64,000 nt of DNA, from the NCBI RefSeq assembly GCF_964355755.1, contig NC_092680.1:5146001-5210000 (forward strand), read 5' to 3'. The number at the start of each line of letters is the position of its first letter. The stretch's first letter is position 1. The position numbers and the translations under genes are program-made. Under the pieces are notes generated by a model. It ran no database searches. It was given only the letters and a program-made list of their open reading frames with translations, and had not been told where the DNA came from. The stretch comes from Antedon mediterranea. Its lineage: Eukaryota; Animalia; Echinodermata. Positions 41,301 to 56,300 of the stretch are shown here, piece after piece.

Positions 41301-44300
41301 TTGATGAAAACTTTCGACATGATTATAAATATTACTTTAAAATTACTTTATTCACATGAATACATACACATAATAAAAAATAAGAAATGATTTAGAAAAG
41401 AAAATTTATTATTTATAAATCCTATTCTGTATGATAAATGCCGCTAGATAACTAGAAAATACCCAACTTTTTAATAATGTAAATACAGTCCTGTATGTTT
41501 TATGTAATAACATAGATTACTAATAATACACTATGGTGATAGTAACGAGATATATAATACATATACAGTATTATTATTATCTCCATAATTCAGAGTGGGA
41601 GTCTAATATCCCAATGATTGGCTGATGTTGTGAATATAAAGTTAAATACAGGCAACCCAATATTATTCATTATATTTCAGTAAGAATAAAATAAGTGTCG
41701 GTTATCCGTTTGATATAATTATCATGAATAATTTTACATACATTTATGTCTGTGATAATGTTTGAGCCTTAATAGGAAGTAATGCGCATGCTCTGTTGTT
41801 GTACCGTCTGCTGTGCAATCGAGAGGTATTTTGAAGGACGCAATAAGACAAGTTCCCATTAGTCGTCAAGCAAAACAGACATCTGAATTGTCAATATTTC
41901 ACCAACACGAGACACTGATTATCAAACCCAATACCAAACACATATCATTTCTTAGCTAATTACCGACGTGCATTTTAAACTAACTAGTTGACCTTATATG
42001 AAGTAGATTGGAATATCAGCGTGCATACATTTTGGTAAGACGCTTACGACTTCATTTGTTTTAAAGAGTAGAATATTAGAATATATGTGATGATCCAAAT
42101 ATGCCCTGTCGTGCCATACCGCAAATCATACTCAGATCGTGTTTTTGTCAATTAAGCCTGCTTTGTAATACAGGGGATCCAATGGCCGTATTCACTATTT
42201 ACACTTAGGCTAAGGGAGACACTTACCCTTAAAATTTAAAAAAATCTCCTTTCTAAGTGAATACAATTTAAGGGAAATACTTAAATATGTATTTAGTTAA
42301 GTGAAATACTTAATATTTAAGGGAAATATCTCACTTAAGTCACTTAGGATTCTGAAACAAGTATACGTTTAATGTCCCATTTGCATTACATTTAAAAAAA
42401 ATAGTGGGGTCACGAGTCGACCCCCTTTGATCCACGCCTATACATACGACTTTGTTTCACTACACAGAGTTCTTTCATGATATTTCCTTCTGAAACAAAC
42501 TCACAAATATGGATTTAGAGTCTTTAACACTTTCTACGTGCATTATTACATTAACACTTTTGGTTAGACATAGATTGGCTCAAGTGGAACAAATCTTATC
42601 GATCCGAATATTATGTAAGCAGCTAAAGACGCATTAAAGACGAAATATATAAATATTTACGCAAATCGGGGTGATTTAGATAAAGTGTGAGTTGTTTAGT
42701 AGATGGTGAATCAATGGTCATTGTATGTCATTCCAATATTTCATTTAATTAAATTCAAGTTTTACTTATTTATAATTTACTTTAAAAAGACAATGTCTTG
42801 GAAATATATTTCACACAGTCACACAGTAGTTATTAGTCTGGGTTCTAGACGGAGTTTTGACGTAACATTAGTAAAAAGATAAATATTTTTGCACATATGG
42901 CGTTTCATACTTCTTGAGCTTGTAAACTTGTATTTCAGGCAAACATCGAAAAGGCTTTAAATAACTCTACAGACTTGGAGCAAGTCTAAGTAGTTATATA
43001 TCTATATATTCTACTCAATTTTTAAATTTTAGTTACTATACATCATGATTTTATATGTTATATTTTATGGCCGATTGTAAAATTTGGTAAGTGAATATGG
43101 CGACGCGTGATTTCGGCCTAGGTTCAAATATCGCGCTATGTTGCTTAAAGAGGTGACGCAACATGTGATTTGACTAATGACAAGCGATGGATTATTATAA
43201 CTGTCGCTTATCATTGGTCAACCCGCTTGTTATACGTCCTTGCACCTCTAGTGTGGGAACCAAGCTTTAACGCGTTTTTGTCTAATGCGTCTGCAAAAAC
43301 AGAGATCACTCCAAACTTGGTGTAATTACAATCTTAACGGCCATCCTGTGCAATCGAGGGTCAATCCCAAAGTACATTAACTTAATCTGTGTAAAAACAT
43401 GAATAGAAAATAATCCATATATTATAATGGTATAATGATCTAGCGATTTTAAGTGACAATTAATGAACTGATGACGTTATAAGGCTAATGTTACATGTAG
43501 CCTTCATAATCTTCCCACGCTCGATTTCTTAGAATCGATACGTTCCGATGAACCCTGTTTTTAAAAACACTTTTAACTAGGTGGAAGTGTGTGTACACAA
43601 ATACCATTATTGTATGTTTGAAGTACCATACCAAAATAGACGAGAAAGCTAGTTAGCTTCTTTTATCTATAACTGCGTTCCGAGATTTAACGTTTTGAAA
43701 TAGCCTAAAGCGTGGTTCCCACTAGCGACGCAACACAAACAATTGACCAATCACAAACGATGGCTTATTCGCTTGTGATTGCTAACGGTCTATAACTTCG
43801 CTTGTCATTGGTCAATTCACTTGCGTTGCGTTACGTCCTTGCGTTGCGTCGCTAGTGGGAACCACGCTTTAGACTAGGCTTAATGCCTTGCTTTATAATA
43901 CATAAAATGTGGTGGTGTGGTAAGCTACGGTATTTATTTGGTGGGATTTCAATTGTGCGATTATACTCAAATGAAGTTCTGCACATGATGATGATGGTGA
44001 TACAGATACACTGATTAAACATTAATTTTGGAACGTTTTTTTGCTATCAGAGAAAAACTACATTCTACTTTATTGGATCCGATGAAATAAATCGATAGCA
44101 TTCGAAATGGACGGTATTTAAGTTTCACTCTATTACGAGGTTGAAAGACAGTCGTAGAGGGCAGTAAGATCAGTGAAAAAGTGTGGGAACCACAAATAAT
44201 CCACAGTTATCGAACAGAGTCTTCTACACACTGTCCAACACGCGCTAAAACGTTGTTCCCACTATAGGACGTAACAACAACGTAGGCAACAACGCAAAGT

Positions 44301-47300
44301 TAGTTGACCAATGACAGCGACAGTTTGGATGATCCGTCGCGGTTGATTAAATTGCTTGTGATGCGCTTACGTACGTAATTGCGTTGCGATCACGTGTGGG
44401 AGATGCAGTGAGCATCTTCCAAGCAAATGCTAATTGGTCTCGGGATTTTACTCTGAAATCCACTGTTTCTTGCCTTCCCGAGTGTTCCTCGCGACAAGTT
44501 GAATGTATCGCTACATTAACGCTCATTAACGCCACGATAATCATTGGATATGTTTTCCCTCATTGCAATAGTTGTAATGTGCAACATAATGTATTTCGTG
44601 GATATATATCGTCTGCATTCGACACATTCATGTTGTATTAACGCGCTACTATAATCAGCCAGGAATTTGCTAATGGTTAGTGCGTTTTAGCTCTGGTGCT
44701 AATTTGTTTTGTTTAATACTTTCCTTCTAATATGTACCGGTAATCCGTACTAATAACTTGCATGGGTTTACCCTGGGTTGTTGCGAGCTCGTTCCCCGCG
44801 AGAGTGTGAAACACGTAGTTTATAATTTTCCACCTCAGCGCTCAAACTGAGCGAAAACTTTAGTAAAATGCATGCAGAGGGCGTGCTATTTAATATTTCA
44901 GCCCATATTAAAGATGCAGATAACTCGAGCTTTTGAGACTTTTTCCTGGAAATCAATAACTATCTGTTTTATATGGATATGCAAAAGAATTCAGGACGAT
45001 AACTGCAATAAGGCAAGTAATTATACTTGAAAAATGTTCTGCAATTATAAAACAGAGAATATAGTGAATTCAAAGTTTAAAGTACGATTGGAAAGAAAAA
45101 GCACCGGTTATCATACAGCAGGTCTCTGTTTCACTTTAATTGTGACGTCTGGTCAAAAGGCTAATGAAACTTTCGCGCCCCCTGCCCCCTCCACCCATAC
45201 CTATCTAAATAGTCCTTTATCGACGGTTATTTACAAGAGTTTACATTTTGTATGCTTGGCCTTAATATCGTTTTCCATCACTCTTTTTTGATGATGTTTG
45301 TATAAATACCGTAATCTGTTTTCTTTGATAATAACCATACCGAGGGCATCCATTTTCTTGCAATTTTGATACGGTGATAATCCGTAATTATTCTTTAATT
45401 AATAATATCAAATATTATGAACGATCGAACCTAATTATTAATACATTCATTTTGAGTAATCATTTGAGTTTCGTATCAAACACATTGACATCTGCCCGAG
45501 ATATAATCTACGTGATTACTGTATATGTCTGGCTTTGATATCAAGCGAAACGTGAAATCTTTTCCTAGATGTAACCAGATTGTTTAGTCTACATTTCTAT
45601 AAGGTGGTATGTTATTGTATGGGTTTTATATATATAGTATGTATATTACATACGCGCTATATCGTGTGTTTGCCGCTACCATCTTCTCGGTAACATCAAA
45701 GCAAAATACCCATAAAATATAACACCCTATAGACCGTAATGCAGGTGCACAAATTCTATTGTGGTTGTTGTGGACAAATTACATATCACGTTGGCGCATA
45801 ATACTTTTTCCGCTTCCAAATAATTATAAGTTTGCGTTACATTTTGAAATTTTTGACGTTACAGTTGGTCGGAATATATAGTACCTTAGTCCATTTTTCC
45901 TCCACGATTAGTCCATATGTCGTTTTATCAACATTTTATTTTCCGTAGAGCGTGCGTATTACCAATATACTGCGCATGCCTAGCCTACGTGTTCTAATTT
46001 TAGTTGTTCATTCAGAAGCTACCCACACACGCCTCTCTATGAAGGATATCTTACAGTACGGTAGTGTTCCGTTTGTAGGAGTATCATTAATTATTATCAA
46101 CTCTAATGAAAACAAGATGATTTCCTCTTTATATGGTTATTATGTTGTTTTCAGTTGACGAAACAACAGTTTACATTTGTCGGGTTTGGCGTTCCATAAG
46201 AAAACACAACAAATCGAATAATATAACCATTAAAACATCGAATTATAACCATGGACCTATAAATTAGGTCCATGTTATAACTAAGTACAGTGGATATGTC
46301 ATAATTAAGCGATTTTTGGAACTAAATAATTATAAATTAATCTTACTGATTGAATTTTCTAGACAAACCAAATCCAAATATGCATGAAAGCTACGGGGGT
46401 TATATTACGTTGCGTCAAAGAATACCGTTTACGTGATAGTGTGATGTGAATTTAGGTAAATGGTTTGGAAGATATCTGTTAAGGAAACGTCGTTCGTGAT
46501 TTCAACTGTTAAAACAACCAATAAACAATGTGAGACAATTACTATTGTCTCTTAACCGAATTATATCACTTTAACGTGATATAATTTCAGACTAGATTGC
46601 AAAATCCAACTTGAAATTCCATGAAATAATTGTGATTAACTGTTAATGATTTGTCAAGTCCGTAGTCAGGATTTTACAGGGGGTGCTTTTTCATTAAAAA
46701 AAAGGGAAAAATTATCATAAACTTGGTCTCTCTAGTTTGGGAAAAGGAGTCGTTCCAATTTTAGAACTCTGGACAAAACGAATTTTTTTTTGCAAAATTT
46801 GTAGGCCTAGCAATAATAGAAGAAATTATATCAATATAAATGTTGTGATTTGTTTTAGATGTCGTCGGAAAGCTAGTGACAGATAAAATGCTCTTTGTTC
46901 GTTGCGCTATTTGGTCATTTGGAGCTTAGCGACAGCAGTCAGACGATCAGGGATTTTTTCGCGTACCTGGCGTCACGGAAGCATAGTTGTAGTGAACTTT
47001 TTTTCAATTCCGCCATACCTTACGATTTTAATGAGTTAATAATAGTCGTCATCAATCAAATTGAATAAAAGGCAATCATAATTATATCGTGACCGCTGGT
47101 TTGAAGATTACTTGATTTGATTTGTAATCAGTTATTTATTAGTTTGATTTAACAAAGCATAGAGACGCATACACTAGTCTTGAGTGATGCATCCTTTAGA
47201 GGGAGGGGTGGTGCAGGTCATAGGGCCTAAATATTTGTAAAAGTATTACTTTATAGCCTAATGTTCTATCTTTTGTATTGCATTTAACGAGAGGTAGAAT

Positions 47301-50300
47301 TCCGCACCCCCACCCCCTTGTGTTCCATGTCATTTTGATGACCCACACCGTGGAATAGAATACACATCAGACATAATGTGTAACCTAGGTAATATACTGC
47401 TCCAATAATTATTCAATATTAATAATATTTGTTTCATAAAAAAAAATACCCCAAAGGCTATAAATTGTACTTTGTGTTTCATGTTGGTTTTCAGCTTACG
47501 TTGCTGTGCATTATAGGCCTAATGTTCATTTTTAAAACCATTTCAGGCTTATCTGTTTCTTAATATTTCTCTCATTTGATTTTCAGAATAATTGAAAGAC
47601 AAACAGCAATTACCCGGATTGATAATTTGACATTGAGAGCGTTTCCTCGTCTTCAAGTATTGTAAGTAAACGCGTTTTACGATAAGTAAACGAATTTTAC
47701 TATATTTTCTCGGAGTGGTTTGGTTTATCCCATTCAATATTCTCAATAATTCAAACCCATAGATATAATATATTATAGTTAAGCTTTGTCTACACTATCA
47801 AACTAGTTTGACAAAAAAAGAGTGATGTGCCCAAATATGGTAGTGATATACCAAAATATAGTGTTATGACATCATCATGTCCATATAGGCATATCATAAT
47901 TTTTTTGTCGCATAAAGTTTTATAGTGTAGACAGAGGTTTAGTATTCATTTCCTACGGTGGTGGATTTGACTGAATTTATATTTCTTTGCTAATAATCTA
48001 TAACCATACAGAACCCCCATTGAAAACAATCCTTGGTTATTCCGGGAAATCGTCTTTAAATGCATTTTCAATGTCATCAGCTTAGAAATAATGAATGTGT
48101 TATGTATTTTCTAAATAATTTCAATCAATAAGTCAATCAATAGACCCAACAAATTGTAAACCTATTCAATTTGTTTAAATACCTTCGGATAATACATACA
48201 TTACAAAATAACAACAATTTATTCTGATCTGTACTCAATCATTAGCATATGTCGTTGCTTGTTACATTAATTAAACTTTAGCCTTTGGTTCTAATTAGGA
48301 GTAAATCAAAATTCTTGCTGTAACAAGTCAATTAACAACATGTCAAGTGATTCAAATAATCACTTAAGCACTACGAACGTCAATGTAATTAATTAACGTG
48401 CTCATTTGCTTCTAAGAAGCACTAATTAACTCCAACATCCCCAAGAAATATGTTTGTGTCTGATGCACGACAGGTCGAGTACTGATGTATGTAAGCCTTT
48501 TTAGGTTTTGTATTGTATGTAGACATTCACAGTAAGATTTTAACATTTTTGTAATTCCATTAAATCAGTTTCTTCTATTTCTTTAAACTCAAACATATTA
48601 CTTGTTTCTGTTTTGATTTGATTTATTTGCATCTCATTAAAAACATACAAAATGTATATATATATATATCAATTAAAAGAAAAAAAAAGAGATGGATAGC
48701 CCATGACAGTTCCGATGTGGGACTTATTTCCAATGGGGTCCTCTAGACGTAGAAGAACACATTTTGTTTGAAATTGATTATGCATCTAAAATATTTCTTT
48801 ATTTCAATTACATCCAAACGACGATCCCAAAATAATATAACATTCTATTATGAAAACCACAAAAAAAGACATGAAAAAAAGGTATAGATTTACAAACTTT
48901 TAATTTAGAAATTGACAAATTAGTAAAACAAATCAATAGTTTTATAACCATTAGACCACTGTGGCCTTCGTGGTATTTTTTAAAATTTGATTGGATAGCG
49001 GCTCTTTAACACCTTAAACAATAGTTTTACATAAATTTAACAGAATTATTAGTATTATTAATTTGATGGTATTTTTACGATACACGTCAATATCATTAAG
49101 TTATGTTATGTATGTCGGCCTACAATACATCATTTCATAATGAAATTTTTTTTTTCAATGTACAGAAAACTTGGAGGAAACAACATATCAGAGATTGCAC
49201 ATGATGCATTTGCAGGGAATAAGGAATTAACCACAATGTAAGTACATTTCAGTAAAACTAAATTGATATTAATATTGTTTTTGTTATTGCACACATTATA
49301 TTATATAAATCCTCGTAAACTGTCGCTTGTCATTGGTCAACCCGCTTGCGTTGAACTTGGTTCCTACTAGAGACTCAAGGCAAGAACGTAAGAAGCGTAA
49401 AGCGTGGTTCCCACTAGCGACGCAACACAAGGACGTAACGCAACGCATGTGAATTGACCAATCACAAGCGATGGCTTATTCACTTGTGATTGCTAACTGT
49501 CTATAACTTCGCTTGTCATTGGTTAAAACGCTTGCGTTGCGTTTACGTCCTTGCGTTACGTTCTAGTGGGAACCAAGCTTAACGCATGTCATTTTACCAA
49601 TCAAAACGTAGATCTTAAACTGTCGTTTGTCATTGGTAAACTCGCTTGCGTTACGCTTACGTCCTTGCGTTACTTCCTAGTGTGAACGAAGCTTTAGTTA
49701 TTGTTATTCTATATAAAATTACAAACCGCCAATCGAGGTTTGACAATGAGTTATCCCTAAATTATAGACGATTTTTTCCTATGAGCTTTGGAATACCTAT
49801 TTTGAAAAACTGAAAATTCGAAGGGCTGCTGTGATAAATTGTTCATTTATAGTCGATGTGATGCGTTCACCTACCATGATAATTGATATTAAATAAGGTT
49901 TATAGTGTTTGATTATTCACACCTCAATTAAGGTCTTGTCAACTATTTAGAATATTTACAAATGAAATCACAACTCCGGTGTGTTTGTTTAGTTGAAGAC
50001 CGATGACTTTCAGTTTATTGGGCGAAGCGCGAAAATGATATGTTGTTGCCGCCACGCAATCGCATGGGAAAGTTTGTTTTGTAATAGGTAATGGCTGGAA
50101 GTCACCTGTATAATGATGAATTAATCAAATACTGTAATACTATTCAAATATAAATGAAATGCGTAAATATGAAACCAAAACAACTTCTCGTAATAAGTTA
50201 GAGGCCTATGGAAAATATATTCGTTATAGGCCTACTTTAATCCATCGTACCGTACTAGGCCTATACAAATAAATTATAACAAATTGTTCAAAACAAAAAC

Positions 50301-53300
50301 AGAAACGTCGTCGAAACCGTTGGTTTATGCGCATGCGTATATTTATACTGTATCTCAGAAACACCCTACGTAACTATGATTTTTGTTTTCACTCCACAGA
50401 GAACTAGACCAAAATGGATTCCAATATTTACCATGGCAACCATTTGCGTATTTGTTCAAACTGAAGAAATTGTAAGTTTCACTTGTTGTTCTAATGAACG
50501 AGAAATATTTTCCAAATTCAAATTAAAAAGTGTATTGTACTGACTATAAACAGTACGCCATTAGTGGTGGAAAACAGTTTTATGTTATACTTATCTTAAG
50601 AATACGAGATATATGAATGGAAGCCATAGACTGGCAGAAGAATTTTAGGCTGCGCTCAACACAACAATTAACGTGCGTAGTATTAATCATAATTCAGTCC
50701 AATCCATGTCGGAAGTTTTTTACTATTTCATTTTACTTGTATAATTGGCTTATTATTGGTACTTTTCTTTTTGTTTTTATATTTTAAATTGTAAATGAAC
50801 GTGTGCCACTGATACAAAAGCGTTTGTTCAATAAAGTTTATCGTTTATCGTTTACTACAACCGTAAAGCTTGGTCACGACGCGACGGATCATCCGAACTG
50901 TCGCTTGTGAATGGCCAACTTACTTGCGTTGAGCCCACGTCGTCGTTGCGTTGGCTATTTCGTTGCGTTACAAAAGTAGGAACGAAACTTCCAGCATCTG
51001 TCGTTCGACAGAATCCTAACATTCCTACGGATTTGAAGTGCACGTGGTGGAAAGAGCGGTTCGTGTGGAACGCATCTGAGCGCGCATAAGTGTGAAATTG
51101 CGATTTTACAGTATCAAGCCATGGATTGGTTTGCTTACAGCTTTTGGTGGTAAAGGCAATATTCTGAAGAAGTAAGATAGGTTATATAGATGGTTAGGTT
51201 ATTTTTGGTCCATCACCAATGCGGACACACTTTTCCATAAGATTTGAATGGCCCTTATTAGGCCCAGTAATTACTATACTTTTTACGAAGAGCAACTCAA
51301 GCATTAAGTTACTGATTGATCATGCTTCATTATCAAACCACGATCAACACATGTTCACTTGACTGGGCCTCATAATACACTTGTTATGTCTTGTTATTCC
51401 GTATGTTACCGTATTGTTTTATTGACGTTGTTAGAACAAACATCTAATAATGCTACGTTTTGTAGACAGAGTCTTAATTCATAAATCTGTTTACAGAACA
51501 CTCTTTGATTACCACGTTTGACGTTCACAGAGGTCGTATCCTGCTGTACTCTGCCCACCTTCGCGACGCGACGCAATTTGCATGCGTGTTGCGTCATAAA
51601 CATTCGACCCAAAGACATGGAGCACCAAACGCTGACATGTTGTGACTATCATTACATTACTGACGTATGTACGTTAATCACATCCAATAATTAAATCATC
51701 GTGTTGAGATTGTCTTGAATTATCTTCTTTTTTTGTACATTTAATAACCAAAGTTAGGGGTTGTATTACAATCTACGTATAACATGATGGAGTTATTTTT
51801 TCACAACGTGAGTTTGAATTGAGTCTGAAATGAAGTGCAACAATTGAACTAAACTAATTAATTATACTACAATTAGGCCTATTCTATCAAATAAAGATGA
51901 AAGTGTGAAATATACCGTTAACGACTCGGCACCCTTTTAGGAAAATATTTCACTTTTCCGCTAAATTATCGAAAAACAATGTGCTAAACAATGTTAGCAG
52001 TTTGAGCGTGTGATGGCATAATTCTAAGCACGGAATGTGCCTGCGGTATACCGAAGTGACAGACTGCGAGAAACCCCAGTTAGACGGCTCAGTGTATGTT
52101 TAAATTATTAGCCTAATCATGGTCAAACTTTGAGGACGCGTGTTGCGTCTCTAATGTGGGCTTATTTTTTTCTCGAAAAACTCAAATATAGTTATGACAC
52201 GCCATGTATGCCAAAATTGTGTCGGTAGGAATATTAATTAAATCGTCGTCTAGAACCTAAACTTATCGTGTGTGCCGTAGATGTTTTGACTGAAACAAAC
52301 AATGAAATAGTGTAACCTACTTATTTCTTAGGCAAGCATGTAGACCTATATTTATTTCTATACATTGACCCAAATACAACAATTTCTCATTTAAAGTCAA
52401 ATATTATTTTCCATTATCATAAAGCAACAATTTAGTAAGATCATTTGTTTTGTTTAAGTTAAGTCCCCTATATTTTTCTTTGATACTCCTTTGGCTTATT
52501 GCTAATAATATTCAATGAGGGCGCTGTCAATATTCTTAATTTATAATACTGTTTTCTAAAAAATTGTTAAGCTCTGTCTACACTATCTAATTTTATGGGA
52601 CAAAAAATGTGATGTGCCCATATATGGACATGATGATGTCATATCACTACCATATTAGGCATATCAGTACCATATTTGGGGACATCACAAAACCTTTAGC
52701 GTTTGTATGGAGGAAGATGGCAAACTGTTAATGTTGATGTTTAAGACCGGTTATAATTTTCTGAATAATATACAGTATATCTATGCATACAGTAGCATTT
52801 AAAAAAGACATTTCTTAAAGACTTTACTTCTATACTTTATCACAGTACTAAGGACGATTCTATTGGCCAAATGGGTGTCTTTTACTGTTACGTTTATCCC
52901 AACGTATACACGACGCGTATGTTGAGAGTTTAAGCGTGCCATAGCCACAAGGGACCGTTTACACGTTGTGTTAAATGCCCAAGTAGCCTACTGTTAACAT
53001 TTCATCCGCTTTTAGTGTAAATTCAACATGTCATTTTATTTCCCAGTCTAAACTACTTTTGTTAGCTGTGGATTTGTTCTAAGACCTTTGATCTCAGTAA
53101 TTGTGTAAAATTGTCGCTAGAAACATTAATTTTGTGTATTTTGAAATGTAATCTGGCTCACCTTTGAAAGGAAAATATAGGTCTGGGTTAATAGGAGATT
53201 GACCTGTGACTCCACCTTAAGTGTGAACTTCATTACAAATGTATGCGTTACACTATCTAATCTGTCCCAAATGCAACCATACTTCCCTAATTACATATAC

Positions 53301-56300
53301 AATTATAGGAAAGCTCGGAGCTAGGAAAACTCGGAGCTGGGAATGCCCGGAGTTGTGAAAGCCCGGAGTGGGGCAAGAGCAGAACACTCGTATAAGTTAG
53401 GTTCCCCTAATCGCGGACGCAATTGACGTACTTTGACCAATCACTTGGCGATGGATCATCCAAAATGTTGTGATTGGCCTACGTTGCAGTTACGTATTTG
53501 CGTTACGTCATAGTGGCGTTTGAGTTCACATTACGAAAGTAGGCAGAATGCCTAGCAATCGAATTCTTTAAAAGTCTCATGATACTGACGACATCTTTAC
53601 TTTATTTACTCTAGTTGATCATTTTAATGTATGCTACAACTTGTCAAATAATTGTATTTCCATTCTGTTTTAAAACAGATAATAAATCATATTTAAAGTA
53701 GGTCATATTTGTTTAATAACAACAAATTAATATCGTTATTACGTTATTGTTCTTTTTTGTTCGATTTGCGTAAACATAAACAGTCATTTTACATTTACTT
53801 ATCTTGTTATTCAGTGTTTGGATTGAGAAAGTGCCGTACCCTCGCACTGTTGATAATAAAGTAAACCAGTGGAATAATAGAATGCACTTTTTATATTTTT
53901 TTACGGTGAGGATAGATTAGCTATGAACGTGTTAAGAACTAACGGATGCATTATTGTCAGCTTTAACGATGTTTAGCATGACATCTGTGACAAGCATGCG
54001 ATTTATTATTCCAAGCTATATATGTAAAGTAGCAATATGCCTCTGAGATTGAAGGTTCTGAATCTATAGTAATAAAGCGTATTCTGTGGAGTTCATGTTA
54101 CTGAGTATTGACAGGGGAACGCTACATAGTTAATTGTACTAACTTGGGACAAACTTGCACCTTCGACGTTCCATACTATTTATGATTATAAATTGTAAAC
54201 ATTTCACCCCGTGATCACAATTTCTGCGTCTATGTTCTTTTATTTTATACACGTTGTAGCATGGAACAGAGATATATAAAGAGTGGAGTTCGACAAAGAT
54301 GACATCATCACTGAGTATCGGCAAAGATGACGTCATCATTTCTTAACTACCTTAGAGAATTTATTTTCTGTTTCAATCAAAATAATTATGTCAAAAAATA
54401 TACTCTTAATTAATTACTCATACCTTGTAAAGTAAACTGTCAATAACAAGAAAAATTCTCAGAAACAATGTAATGTTATCCCGATGACACATAAATAAAT
54501 ATCTAAGATTGTGTCACGTTCTCATTTAAATACAATTAACTGGGGCTGGAGGTTGTCGGTTTGTCAGTAGGTCCCCATTAATTTGGAAATGTGAACGTAA
54601 GATATAATTTATGATTGTGGTATTAACAATAAAACATGAACAAATGAAAAACAACATATGACATTAAAAATAAATTTTAAAATGTATGATGATAATACCT
54701 AGTGTTGTAAATGAATTGTAGTGTACATCTACTTGATGATTTTGGTGTTAACATTAAAACATCATGGAAAAAATATTTTAAAAAAAGATGGTATGAAATT
54801 AAAAATGAATTTAAAAATTCATAATTTTTAATAGGCCTACTGTGTTGTTGAAAAGGAACTGTATGTGTAATTCTAATTAATTTATGAGTACATGGAGGGG
54901 CATTCGCGGTTATTTTTCATTTCTTTCTTCGTAAATTTTTACTGCACTCAGTGTCAATATTCACAGTGCATGTAAATCTCAGTCTTATTCATGTTATGTT
55001 GCTTTGCATAATATCACTTTTGGCAATTGCACGTCACAAATTTAAGTAGTTTTTACTCCACAAATGGAAAGCTGCAACAGAGCCGTAATTTCCAGACTAA
55101 GAATGAACATGAGTCACTGAGGAAATATCTTGTATAGCATTTTGTCTTCTAAATTATCATCACATTTTTGTACTCGGCAAAATAATTAATAATCTTGGAA
55201 TGCGCGTTTAAGAGATTTTACAGTTTTCTTCAAACCCCGAAGGAATGAAACTCGGTCGCTAAGGAACCTTGCTCGGTTTGATATTTCTTACTTTATTTCG
55301 TAACAGATATAACTCTAACCTCGAGATTCTACTAATTAAAGGATATTATTTCATTTGTATTTCTATTCAAAAAGATTTGGGCTATGCTCTATTAGATGAG
55401 AATTCACATTGTAAACTTTAGAAGATGATGTCGTCATGTTGTAAGAAAAACGACTCTATGCAAAAGGCTATTGTTACCTTTCGTCAATCAAAGTGATATT
55501 TGAAAATGTTTTCCATATTATCAATAAGGAAACAGATGAAAGTCCGGTATAATTTTTCAAAATACTCGAAAAAAGCAATGTATTCATTTTGAGTTGTTTA
55601 GGCCTAGTTCCATTAAATTTATAAATAAAAGTACTTCCATGTGTTTTGTTAGCTCGATATTTGGATTGTATTTTTATTATTTATTATAAAAACGTTCAGC
55701 CAATTTAAATAATAAAAACCTTGGTATAAAAAGGCCGTTATCTGTTGCACTTAAGGTATACACTATGATTAATTTTTTTCTTAGAAAATGTTACTTTAAA
55801 ATAACAAAATACGCCTTTTATCATAAGATGGCTGATTTGCGCATGCGCCTAATATGTTCCTTGTCACGATTGTTGTTTAATGGGTGCCTTTCTTAACTGT
55901 TGATGAGGACAATCAGATATGTTTTTAACTAATGAATCTAGTCGTTTCAGTAGGTGTTTTAGAATTAAGTAGTGTATGTATTTGAATAATATTATTCGCA
56001 ATTACATCAAGGACGCATGTAAATAATTTCGTTTTAATCATTAATACATTATGTATTAAAAGTGTGTAAATTTTATCACATTATTAACAAATTGGGTTCG
56101 TATCGTTGCTGGATTCTTACTACAATGTCAGAATGAAATCTACAGATTCCAAAGAGGCGTTGATTGATCCATCGGAAGAGGATAAGGGAAAGACTTTTTA
56201 GAAAAGCAATAACTTACGGTATAAGTTGATGGTTGTTAATCAATTGGATGCTAAATATCAATTTTTAATTAATAATTATGTCAATGCTTGGAGATAAGAT

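Noticed and set aside
5533-47500. The many 60-125 aa ORFs in the ORF track (other than Trk exon 1 and the LINE fragment)
   Set aside because: No recognisable domains, many non-ATG starts, AT-rich composition or overlap with repeats; consistent with chance ORFs in intronic DNA.
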